Shown piece by piece: positions 12,771-25,400 of a stretch of DNA of 64,000 nt (the stretch's first letter is position 1; every line of letters begins with the position of its first letter). This stretch comes from Octopus vulgaris. Its lineage: Eukaryota. The position numbers and the translations under genes are program-made. The notes under the pieces are model-generated. The model ran no database searches. It saw only the letters and a program-made list of their open reading frames with translations, and was not told where the DNA came from. The stretch lies in NCBI GenBank assembly GCA_951406725.2, contig OX597842.1:29016001-29080000 (forward strand), given 5' to 3'.

Positions 12771-13359
12771 ATGGGAATATGCACTTGTACATGCAAGTAC
12801 ATCAGCTGTTCTGACCAATACTACATGTACGCGAGAAAAGTGCACATGCAGTTTGCTCAAGAAAAGCCGGCTGGCTTGAAGTTATGCCACAAAATGCAGT
12901 ATATCTAAGAGAGCCAAAAGGTAAGATGCAAAAAGCGATATTCTCTTCAAACTTGGTATGAAGGAAGGAAAGACTATTTGGTTTCTCAAGAAGTTTATTT
13001 TTTGCCTTAACTTTGTTTAACTTAATCAAAAATTTTATTGAAGTAAAGACATGCTTAATTATTTTTCAATGAAAAGAAAACACTGATTACTCTTTATTCA
13101 GCAGATATGATTCAGCACCGTCCATTTTTTGCACATGTATTTTCTTTCCAGCTTATTAAGGCTTTAGTCTTTGCTAAAAATATCTTTTATCATGCTGTTA
13201 TTGATTCAGGATCTCACAGGGGCAGCCCAATATATATATATATATATATATATATAATAATTATTTGAGGGAATATTAATCCTAACTTACAGGGAAAAAA
13301 AATTCAATTTAAAAATACTAAATCAAATTTCACACAATATAATATATATATATATATAA

Positions 13360-13685
13360 AATTAGAAAAAAACCCACCTTTTATCAATCCAAAATGAACA
13401 ATTGAATTACACCATCTAGAAAATCACATATAATAGAAATATTAAAATAACAATAAAATACCAATGATTAAGTAAATTGCAAAATAATAATAAAAACATA
13501 TTCTACGAATTACATACGTTTTTATTATTTTTTTGCAATTTATTTAATCATTGATATTTTATTGTTATTTTAATATTTCTATTATGTATGATGGTGTAAT
13601 TCAATTTTTAGATGGTGTAATACATATATATATATATATATCAATTGTTCATTTTGAATTGATAAAAGGTGGTTTTTTTCCAATA
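13360..13685. repeat. Inverted repeat (about 140-bp arms) between (TA)n tracts; related to about 4710-4840
   Basis: ccaccttttatcaat..aaaatgaacaattga / tcaattgttcatttt..attgataaaaggtgg plus inner arms. Confidence 0.75.
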
Positions 13686-13686
13686 T

Positions 13687-13745
<59 letters not shown>

Positions 13746-13921
13746 GCACATATATATATATATACACACATATATATACACACACACACATATATATATA
13801 CATATATATATACACACATATATACACATATATATATACACACATATATATACATATATATATACACACATATATACACATATATACATATATATACACA
13901 CACACACATATATATATATAT

Positions 13922-14418
13922 ATACCGGAGTAAACACATAAATGTGAAACAAGGTGGAAAAAAGAGTACTCAAATACCAGTGGTAGAGTAATATGCTTTA
14001 TTTAAAGCAGCAGAAAATTCCACAAAACCTGTTACTCTGAGTTTCTCGTTGCCGTTCATCAGACAGTTTTTGTTAGAATGGAACCGATATATCAATTCAA
14101 TCCAGACTCTTGCAAACGCTACACCTTTACAAAATGGACTTGTTTGATTGGCCCTTTAGAAATAACGGTCAATCTTCGAGCGTTAAACAAAAATGAGCTC
14201 AAAAATATATATGTATATATACATAAAAATTATAAATATAAGATTGACCATTATTTCTAAAGGGCCAATCAAACAAGTCCATTTTTTAAAGGTGTAGCGT
14301 TTGCAAGAGTCTGGATTGAATTGATATATCGGTTCCATTCTAACAAAAACTGTCTGATGAACGGCAACGAGAAACCCAGAGTAACAGATTTTGTTGAATT
14401 TTCTGCTGCTTTTAAAGT
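13922..14418 (-). mobile_element. Short palindromic copy of the same PLE family, with two hammerhead motifs (14024-14071 minus, 14345-14392 plus)
   Basis: 13922-14180 matches the reverse complement of about 63220-63481; inverted arm about 14240-14418; bounded by (TA)n. Confidence 0.8.
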
Positions 14419-14427
14419 ATATATATA

Positions 14428-14470
<43 letters not shown>

Positions 14471-14482
14471 TCATACATATAT

Positions 14483-15230
14483 ACAGGGTGTTCCAGAAGT
14501 CTTGGGCACATTTTGACTTTGAATATCTCGCAAACTATTAAGGACATAAAAACGCATCTGATATATTCTGAAAGTTTGCAATTTCAAGTTTTTTAAGGAA
14601 TGTTCAAAGAAGTTCAATGTGAGCCCCGTTGGGGACACGGCACACATCAAGTCCAATGCATTCCAGCATTGCATTGTCGATAGTTGCAATTGGGACCTTC
14701 AGTTCATCCACGTCTTTTGAAAGAGGAGACACATAGACCAATCCTTTCACAAAACGAAATCGCAAGGTGTGAGATCTGGAGACCTGGGAGGCCAGGGCAT
14801 AAGAATGCAATCATCTCGCCCAGACCATCCATCTGTCTGGAAGTGTTGTGTTCAGAGACTGTCTAACCCTGAGTCTCCAGTGTGGAGACGCCCCGTCCTG
14901 TTGGAAAATGAAGTCCCTACTGGCTCTTCTGATCGATTTACGGGGTCTTTGCTTGAAGGCAGTTCGAACTCGCTCAACCGTATCATCTGAAGTTGAGGGG
15001 CACCCTGTTCCCTTAGCTGGGTACAAATAGCCATCCTTCATGAATTTACCATCTCAATATGGACTTCCTTTCTGGTGCCTCTTTTCGGAATTTTGTGTGA
15101 AATGCATGTTGAACAAGTGTCCATGATTCAGTTTTTGCAAATTCAAGGATGCAAAACGCCTTTTCTGGTTGAGTGAACACCATTACTGGATCTGAAAAAT
15201 ATTAAAAAATCATTAGCATTGCAAAACTAT
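14483..15230 (-). mobile_element. Tc1/mariner (rosa/DD41D-like) internally deleted transposon
   Basis: EKAFCILEFAKTES; TVERVRTAF..PRKSIRRASR; FQQDGASPHW..VRQSLN..WPPRSPDLTPCDF; end TA-CAGGGTG. Confidence 0.85.
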
Positions 15231-15237
15231 ACTATAT

Positions 15238-15403
15238 ATATATATAATTAAATATAATTAAGGGTTAAGCAACAAGTTGCTTCACCGTGGAGTCATATTT
15301 GTAGTAAAAAGGAAATGAGCTGTCTTTTGGCTGCTATTTCTAAATTTTCGGTATGTGGTGAAGCAACTTGTTGCTAAACCCTTAATTATATTTAATTATA
15401 TAT
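15238..15403. repeat. Inverted repeat (about 48-bp arms)
   Basis: taattaagggttaagcaacaagttgcttcacc / ggtgaagcaacttgttgctaaacccttaatta. Confidence 0.8.
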
Positions 15404-15522
15404 AAAAAAACTTTTTTATAAAAGTTTCTACCGATGATGGTTTTCTTTCTATACCGAAATTACTTGGTAAAATTTATTAATTATTAAATTAATAATTCTT
15501 TACCCTGTATCTGTGTGTGTGT

Positions 15523-15581
<59 letters not shown>

Positions 15582-16253
15582 TAGAAAATGGGACATGAAT
15601 GCAAAACATCCGGACACCTAGGTGGTACAAAAAGGGACAACAAAACATCCAGACAGACGATACAAAGAAAACAAGGATGGGTCATACGAAGTTCTCTTTC
15701 CTCAGTCAAGTACCAGATTATCCTTGCAATTTCGACCGATTATTCTTGAGGGTGCTCCAATCTGGCCAGCCCCAAGGAAAAACTAAGCTAAGAGCTTTAG
15801 ATTCCTTGGAAGAAAGCAGCAAATGTATACAAAAGCAAGGACGGAAAAAATGGACAAAAATGTGGTAATTGTTCAGTTTAATGACATAAAAAAGTAAATA
15901 AAAATTAAGGGGGAGATAAGTAGTAAAAGCAGTTTACTTTTTACACAGCATAAGACTAGGGATCACCACCAGAAAGTGAACAAAGGTCTTATTTTTCTCA
16001 ATGGAATTACACCTGAGAATCTCATGGAGATATGAAACAATTCGTCTGATGTCCCAAATTATCGTCTCAACTTCCATTTCACTCACATCCACATATTTTC
16101 TTCATTTTCTGTTCGTTCTGATCATAAACAATTGATTGTAAAGTAAAGAATGTCCAAACATCTTTAAGTTGACTTGTTTATGTTCCTTTGCTTCTTTTAC
16201 TACTTACCCCCCCAATTTTTATTTACTCTTTTTACACTAATAAAATGAACAAT

Positions 16254-16299
<46 letters not shown>

Positions 16300-16839
16300 A
16301 ATACACACACACAGACATATATACTCTTTTACTTGTTTCAGTCATTTAACTGCGGCCATGCTGGAGCACCACCTTTAATCGAGCAACTCGACCCTGGGAC
16401 TTATTCTTTGTAAGCCCAGTCTCTATCAGTCTCTTTTATTGAACCGCTAAGTGACGGGGACATAGACACACCAGCATCGGTTGACAAGCAATGCTAGGGG
16501 GACAAACACAAATACACACACGCACATATATATATATATATACATATATACGACGGGCTTCTTTCAGTTTCCGTCCACCAAATACACTCACAAAGCTTTG
16601 GTCGGCCCGAGGCTATAGTAGAAGACACTAGCCCAAAGTGCCACGCAGTGGGATGGAACCCGGAACCATATATATATGAGCAAAATGCTCCCCATCCAAT
16701 GGACGGTGCTGAGTTGTCAAACATTTAAACCAAATTTTCTCAAAACAACTTGTTCGACCATCCCATAGGCCTCCCCCCTTTGAGAAATACTGATTTAACC
16801 TAAATTTGAGACACCAGCAAAAGAAGAAATAAAGAGGCT

Positions 16840-17565
16840 CAGGGATATCTGTAGTCAATCATTCTGTGAATGAAAATACTTAACTAATCATAAGTTAACT
16901 CATACCAGAGAGAAACTATGCTGCTGGAATATCTGCAGCAAATCATTCTCTCAAGAAGGTGCTATCATCATCATCATTGTTTAGCGTCTGCTTTCCATGC
17001 TGGCATGGGTTGGACGGTTCAACTGGGTCTGTGAAGCCCAGTCTGATCTGGCAGTGTTTCTACGGCTGGATGCCCTTCCTAACGCCAACCACTCCGTGAG
17101 TGTAGTGGGTGATTTTTACGTGCCACCGACACAGGTGCCAGACGAGGCTGGCAAACGGCCACGATTGGATGGTGCTTTTTATGTGCCACCAGCATGGAGG
17201 CCAGTCGGGTCGGCGCTGGCAACAGCCACGTTCGGATGGTTCTCTTACGTGCCTACGGCACTGGTATCACAGCTACAATTTCCATTGATGTTGATCGATT
17301 TCGATTTCGATTTTGATAATATATACTCATATATAGTATTGCTGTATATACTCATAAATGTATTCATACAGGAGAGAAACCATATCACTGTGACATCTGT
17401 ACAGGAGAGACAACTGTGACATCTGTGACAAGTCATTCTTTCATAGAGAGAAATAATAAACTAAACACAAACATATTCATTCAGGAGAAGATTCTTATGA
17501 CTGTGTAATCTGTGCTAAATCATTCTCTCAATAATCTACCTTAACTAAACATATACTTATTCATA
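16840..17565 (+). pseudogene. Decayed C2H2 zinc-finger array interrupted by an RTE 3'-end insertion (about 16964-17310)
   Basis: HTREKLCCWNICSKSFSQ; IHTGEKPYHCDIC; IHSGEDSYDCVICAKSFSQ*STLTKHILIH. Confidence 0.75.
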
Positions 17566-18570
17566 TTGATCAATAACAATATCAATGATAAAACAGATGT
17601 CCTGCTGAATAAAATACTGCAAATGTATTACTTTTTAGAAAATAAATTCATCTTTCACATTTTCCTCATTTGCATCAACTCACTAATTACGATTTGTGTT
17701 TTTTATTCTAACAATATTGATTATATTAATTTGCTCTGTTTTCTTGAGGAAATATTATTTTGACACAAATGTATTACACTCCAGTTCCCAGCCGTGATCA
17801 GTTATCCTCTGCTGGACACGCTCAGGGATCCCAGGATCTGCACCCTTTGTGCTACTGCCCACATATTCTGGCCCTAGCTGGAGGCTTATTGCTGTTTGTC
17901 ACAGTTTTGGGTGCAGAGTGGGAAATATTTTTCAAAAGCTTTATCCGTATCCTACCTTCTGTCCAAATACATCTCAGCTCAACCCATGCAATGGATAATA
18001 CAACCTACTCTTTTACTTGTTTCAGTCATTTGACTGTGGCCATGCTGGAGCACCACCATTAGTAAAGCAAGTCAACTCCAGGACTTATTCTTTGTAAGCC
18101 TAGTACTTATTCTGTAGGCCTCTTTTGCTGAACCGCTAAGTTACAGAGACGTAAACACACCAGCATCGGTTGTCAAGCAATGTTGTGGACAAACACAGAC
18201 ACACAAACACACACACACACATATATATATATGTACATATATATGATGGGCTTCTTTCAGTTTCCGTCTACCAAATCCCCTCACAAGGCTTTGGTCAGCC
18301 CGAGGCTATAGTAGAAGACACTTGCCCAAGATGCCACGCAGTGGAACTGAACCCGGAACCATGTGGTTGGTAAGCAAGCTACTTACAACACAGCCACTCC
18401 TGTGCCTATATACGACGGGCTTCTTTCAGTTTCTGTCTACCAAATCCCCTCACAAGGTTTTGGTCGGCCTGAAGCTATAGTAGAAGACACTTGCCCAAGA
18501 TGCCACGCAGTGGGACTGAACCCAGAACCATGTGGTTGTTAAGCAAGCTACTTACCACGCAGCCACTCCT

Positions 18571-18610
<40 letters not shown>

Positions 18611-18967
18611 CAAGCTTCTTTCAGTTTCCGTCTACCAAATCCCCTCACAAGGTTTTGGTCGGTCTGAAGCTATAGTAGAAGACACTTGCCCAAGATGCCA
18701 CGCAGTGGGACTGAACCCAGAACCATGTGGTTGTTAAGCAAGCTACTTGCGCCTATATTCAGATATTATATAAACTATGGAATATTGAACAATAACGTTC
18801 TACTATCTTCAGAAACGTGATAAGCCACTGTTGTTTAGCCCCAGGTCATTTCTGACAAGGTAGATCTATTAATGAAATTAGGTTGTGTTCACGACGGCCA
18901 CGACTTATAACTTAGCAACCACGGTTGAAGCTCTCTGAACTTTCTTCAGCTTGTTGTTATTCTAGCA

Positions 18968-19183
18968 CAGTGGTTTTCAACCAGGGATCCGCGGAACCTT
19001 AGAGTTCCGCCAGTACAGTCCAGGGGTTCCGCAAGTTTCAAAAATGCTAAAATCGGCAGTAATTTTTAATTCTCCTGTGCAGATATGTGTGCATAAGACT
19101 ATTAAATTATTGCACAGGGGTTCCTCGAGCCAGTGGAATGTTTCCTTGGGATTCCGCTCCAGCAAAAAGGTTGAAAAGCACTG
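18968..19183. mobile_element. hAT (Charlie-type) MITE
   Basis: TIR CAGTGGTTTTCAACC / GGTTGAAAAGCACTG; 8-bp TSD TTCTAGCA / ATCTAGCA. Confidence 0.82.
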
Positions 19184-22028
19184 ATCTAGCAGCTATGCTT
19201 TCGAAGCATCTACCTCCACTTTTGACTTGGTCACCCAGAAAACAAAAGCTCTCAACTATTTAGTTCCTCACCCTGGCATGTGACGGGGTCTATTTTGGGG
19301 ATCATTTGATTCTTTCACCTACACTTAGGAAAAAAAAAAGGAAAACTCAGATTTTTTTGCATGGAATCAAGTACCCTGACCCAATATGGTGCAAACTCCT
19401 TATTTTTGCTTGCACAAAAGTGGGGTGGACCCCCCCACCCCGCTCGGTGTCATTGGAAATATATATTTTTTTTCATTGGATGATGATGATGATATATATC
19501 ATCATCAACCTAGTGCAGCATTATGGTTTGCCAGCTCATGTCACACTGTGCCACCCATGCCAGTAAAAAATTTCCGCTAAAGGATGATAATGATGAAAAC
19601 ACAACACTGACAAAATCAATGGTCAATTTAATTTTTTATTCATTATTCCCATTTCTTTATTCTCTCGTAATAAATTCCTCAAAAATCCAGCACAATCCTC
19701 TTCAGAAATCAAAGTCCTTGTTGAGTTGATATATTTACATATACACGATATTCAGGTTCATGTTCATGAAATTGAAGTTGACAATGTCAAACGTGAAGAG
19801 ATAAAAAAACATCTTTTAGCAGAAAACATAGTCATAATTACAAAAAAAAAAAAAGAAATATTAAATTTCTAAATATCTCAGAGAGACAGATATTTTGAGA
19901 CAGAATACAACTGCTCTATCGTTCCACCACTGCTTATGTCTCTCTGAGATACTGTTTACTCTTTTACTTGTTTCAGTTATTTGACTGCAGCCATGCTGGA
20001 GCACCGCCTTTAGTCGAGCAGATTGACCCCCAGGACTTATTCTTTGTAAGCCTAGTACTTATTCTATCGGTCTCTTTTGCCGAACCGCTAAGTGACGGAG
20101 GACATAAACACCAGCATTGGTTGTCAAGCAATGCTAGGGGGACAAACACAGACACACACACATACATATATATACATGTATACAACGGGCTTCTTTTCAG
20201 TTTCTGTCTACCAAATCCACTCACAAGGCATTGGTCGGCCCAAATCTAGAGTAGAAGACACCTGCCCAAATCTAGAGTAGAAGACACCTGCCCAAATCGC
20301 AAAAAAATAGGGATTTTCATAGAAAAAAAGCACCTTTTTGATGTAAATAATTTTTGGTGTTAACATGGTCCAATTTGAATTTTTTTCTTCTACGGAAGGA
20401 AGAGCAAGCCTTCTTCTATCATACTCTCAATTTTGGTCAACTTGCGCTGCAGGGTCTTGGAGGAGATAGTGTTAGTTGAAGGCTACCAAACCTGGCATAC
20501 ACAGACAACTTCACCTTTATATATATAGATAACTGGTATGTGTTCACAAAGTAGAAACGATTAATAAGAAAAAACCCTCCAGGCTGCATCCTGAAAATTC
20601 ATTTCTTTGCCGAATTTCTACAATGTTTACGGCAATTCGTTTTTATATCTTGATTTTTTATTTTTCATGCAATTTACGCATGCTTGCACGCGTAGTGAAC
20701 ACAGTTCACGTCAAACAGCTGACTGAGTAAAGTTCACTATTCAATGCATGGGATAAGGCCTAAACGAACACATTATCGATTTTTGCACTTGCAAGATGAA
20801 TTTCGGAACAGAAATAGCACAGTTCAATTTTCATTCGCCTAAACTTTAAGTGACCCATTTTTGGTGGTTCTACGATTTTCTGGCTAGGAGATGTGCTGGG
20901 AAGTTAAACACACAGATACACAAGTTGAGTTTTATATATATAGATATATGCAATCATAAAGTTTTATTTTCTGCTGATAAAAAAAAAAACTTCAGTAATT
21001 AGTAACTAACAATGATCCTAAAGCTAGAATATAAAATAGAGATAACTCTTACTTGCACTCCCATCCCTGAGTTTTATTCAAACACCACCACATTAGAGGG
21101 AGCCTGTCTTAAACCACAACAGGACAAAGTGAAATACCCACAGGTATCATATATTACATAGAAAAAGTATCTGTATATGATATATATATCACCATGATCA
21201 CTGTGACCGACCAGGCTATCTGCTGCTGCTACACATCACTGGTCACAATGCACTTCGCATTGTTTTAGCCTTCAAATGACAACAGCCTGCTGGCTAAGCG
21301 AGCAGGCCAACAGAAGAAAGATGTGGCAAAAGAGTACAGCAGGGATCACTACCACCCCCTGCCAGAGCCTCGTGGAACTTTGGGTGTTTTTGCTCATTAA
21401 ACACTCACAACGCCCGGTCTGGGAATCGAAACCGCGATCCTACGATCGCAAGTCCGCTGCCCTAACCACTGGGCCATTGCGCCTCCACATATGATATACT
21501 CTTTTACTTGTTTCAGTCATTTGACTGCGGCCATGCTGGAGCACCGCCTTTTAGTCGAGCAAATCGACCCCAGGACTTATTCTTTATAAGCCTAGTACTT
21601 ATTCTATCAGTCTCTTTTGCCGAACTGCTAAGTAACGGGGACGTAAACATACCAGCATCGGTTGTCAAGCGATGTTGGGGGGACAAACACAGACACACAA
21701 ATATATATATATATACACGACAGGCTTCTTTCAGTTTCCGTCTACCAAATCCACTCACAAGGCTTTGGTCGGCCCGAGGCTATAGTAGAAGACACTTTCC
21801 CAAGGTGCCACACAGTGGAACTGAACCCGGAACCGTGTGGTTGGTAAACAAGCTACTTACCACACAAAGAAAAGACATCAATATTTATATACCTGACATT
21901 TCACTTTCAGCTTTAAATGAAGGTAGATAACTATGAATATATGAGAGGATCTTAAAACTGTTTACACAATAATGGGGAAGAGGTTAGATACACAGCAACA
22001 ACAACAAATAAACATTTCAAAGTTTATC

Positions 22029-22034
22029 TTTATT
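22029..22034 (-). terminator. Candidate AATAAA polyadenylation signal of the ANK-RING-DD gene
   Basis: AATAAA on the minus strand about 240 nt after the stop. Confidence 0.45.
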
Positions 22035-22273
22035 TCAAAAGTTAATTTCTAAGAAGAAAAGAACCAATCCAGGAAGGGAATCTCTTATGTTTTGATAGAT
22101 TTGCTAGAATTAGCAGCCAAATCCCCCTCAATTCAATTATCACATTGGACAATGTGATGTTGTGTTCCCTACACTAAGGATAAAGTCAGGAGGGTTCTGG
22201 CTGGAAGGCCTTTGATCATGAGTCTCTGTTTAGTCAAGGTTGACCTTGGACTAAATTACATTTACACACAAGT

Positions 22274-22470
22274 TCACTTTTCTTCTGATAGTAGACATTG
22301 AAGTGCCTCAGAGCATTCAGCTTCCTCAAGAGCTTTTCTGAGTGTTCGCATCTCTGGATCACAACTTGTGGACCATGTGTGTAGCATCTGGAAGCCCTGC
22401 TCTTCAATGTTATAAGGATTATTATACCTGATATTCCCCAGTTTGATATTTTTGATTCCTAAATTCCTGC
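22274..22470 (-). CDS. Terminal coding exon, rest of the Death domain ([33 protein letters not shown]...[22 protein letters not shown])
   Basis: ttgcag acceptor, TGA at 22274-22276; Death-fold pattern R.LG......I...NP....EQ...ML..W....L..AL. Confidence 0.88.
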
Positions 22471-25400
22471 CTGCAAAACATAAAGCAAAAAGAAATAATT
22501 TCAAAATCATTAACGATTACATAAAAGATGTGTACTGTAGTTTGTCATAAATGTAACAAATAAATTATGTCAATGAGAAATAGTTAAGAAACATAAAAAA
22601 ATAAATAAAAGATGTTGTCCTCTGTTTCTAAGAATGTTAATTAAATAATAACGAAGAGGTGGAAATACAGGATGAAAATGGTGAAGATTTTCAAGAAAAT
22701 TAATTGAAAATTACACTTGTGAAAATTTATTGTAAACAGATGGTAGGAGAAGTGTTTGTGTAGGCAAAAGTGTATGGAGAACCTAAAGAATGAATATAGA
22801 CCATCAACAGTCAATCCATTTGATCCACCCATCCATTGTCTCTGCTCAATATTCTTGGGAGGATTGTAAAGACAGAGTCTTCAGGCATCTCCTCCATAGG
22901 GTCCTATCAGAAGCAGCCGTCATTAGAGCTTTTGGTTGGGTTCCCAAACATAAACAGCTAAGACAATGGCTATCACCCAACCATTTAGCTCTTGATCTAC
23001 CCCTAGGACCCCTGCTCCATTGGTTTGGCTTGAAGAATCTGTCTTGTCATTTGTTCCTGCAACACGTCCGTAGTACCAGAGATGTGGAGAGGAACTGGCT
23101 CAACCTGGAGATATTCCCAAATCTCTAGACTATACATCCTATTTAGTATCATTACTCCAGAGACCCTTTAAAGGAATCCCATTTTGGCCGTTTGATAACA
23201 TTCCATAGTTAATGCCTGAAATAGTTGTCTGTGATGTTTCTCCTCTCCTGACTAATTGATAACTAAAGCATATCAAGAGTTAGAAATATCTACAAGATAT
23301 GGTTTGAACTATCAAACAATACCAGTACTATTAGGCATATCTGGGCCAATTCAAATACAAAGAGACAAGATACCAGAATGATCTCAACTACACAAAGTAT
23401 TGGGTTATTATCTCATAAATAATAATGCATTTGTTTTATACGTATTTTATTTCACAAAATTAAGATAATCAGAGTTCTTTTTTAATCTAAAATATACTCT
23501 CCTTCATTTTCTACAATGCTCTTCCATCTATCTGGCGCACTTGCAAGGCCCCTCTTCCAAAATTGACTTGTCCGTGACGAAAAATACTTCTCTACTACCG
23601 ATCTGACCTCATCTACAGGTAACATATTTTTTACATCCAAATAAGTTTGAAGACTGTGGAATAAAATATAATCAGATGGTGCAATGTCCTGTGAATGTCC
23701 TATTCAAACTACTCCAGCCTTTGGAATGTCATCCTCGCTGATTGTGGCCGAGCATTATCCTGATGCTGAACTTTTGTTCTAGTGCTGACTTAAGCCACTC
23801 AAGCTGCTTGCAGTAGATCTCCTTTGTTTTCATTTGGTTGGGGCTTAAAAGTTCAAAGAGGACTAAACCTTTCATATTTCCTTTCCTTACCCACTGTCTT
23901 CGCTGCTTGACATATTTATAGAGAACCCATTTCTCGTCACCAGTCACTATTCAGTTTAAAAGAGGTTCATTCGTGAGACAGGACCACAGAGAAGAGCACA
24001 CATTCACTCAGTGCGTGATCCATTGACCCAATTTGCTGACTTTTTTCAATAGAATGCAAGTGTCGATGAACAGTTGAATGACCGAATGAATAAGTGTTAT
24101 TTCCAGGGATACAGGCATCCAGCAACAGGACCTCCGTAATGCTATGATGGACCGTGAAGTCTGGCGTAGCATGGTAAATTCCATTGTCTCGACCACGGTC
24201 GAACAATGATGATGATGATGTTATTTCCTATTTACTTCCATCAAGAAATCAAAAGAAAGGACATCTGTTCCCTTCAACTGTTGCTTTTGTCATCTGGAGA
24301 TCAATGTTTTGAAACCTATTTCCAGACAGATTCAGTGCTGAGTCACTGAAGCAGAATTTTCTAGAACTATCATCAAGAAGTTTCTAAACTTTCCAAGAAT
24401 TTCTAGAACGTTCTGGCAACATAGATACCAGTGTAAAAAAAGGGATGATAAGATCACCAGTTCAGTTTATTTCTAACTATCCAAGAACTGCATTCATCAC
24501 AGATGGCATCAAGAGGTTGTAAGCATCTGGCAGATACATTCTGCTGTGTCTGTGGTGAATTTATCAAGACAACAGCGTAAAAGCACTGTGAAACAACATC
24601 AGCTGAAATGTGTGAGGTCTACAAGGTATATATTGTGACGAAAACAAAGTTTGAAGGAGATACTAGCCATTCTCGTATTTTCTAGGGTTAAGCAAATAGG
24701 AAATAACAATTGGACAAAAATCGTTGTTACCCAGTGTAACAGAGAGGTGTTAAGTTAAACCAAGCAAAGAGGAGAGTTTTAACTTGCAGGAAAGAAGACA
24801 GGAATCACCAACATAAACACCATCCACCTACGTACAATCAACCATTACATGTCAGTGAAGAGTGGTTCACAACTAAATGGACACTGGACAGTGGAGTGGC
24901 TGCAATGTGCCACTCACTATACACAGGAGCATGTAAAAAAGGATGCACTTAATGATGTAGTCCTATACTACCAACTGAAAGACAGAGATGTCCCACCTGA
25001 AACACTTTCCATCGTATTTCTGATTAAAACAGGCATTTTGCAAAGAAAAAACAACAAAACGTAAACTTAGTAAAAATATAAAACAAACAAAAAAAACTGG
25101 TCATTAACTCACCAGTTTACCCTTAAATGACATATTTTAATTTGCTCTCTCAAAAGACAATATTAAATCTATTGTGTCCTCTAATTTAGCCATTTTACTG
25201 GCCCTGCTAATCTCGGTGGATATTTTATGATGTTTTAGTAATACCAACACCTTTAATAGAATCACTTTACAGCTAGCCTTTCAATTGGAAAGTAGGAATG
25301 GGATCTTCTCTTAGTCATGCTGACAAACAAAAGCGGACACTTATTGAAATCAATTAAGTACTGTTATTTTATACTCACCAACTTGCTGCCATCTGATTCC

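Noticed and set aside
20240-20297. 26-bp tandem duplication cccaaatctagagtagaagacacctg
   Set aside because: Local slippage at a truncated SINE junction; no further significance seen.
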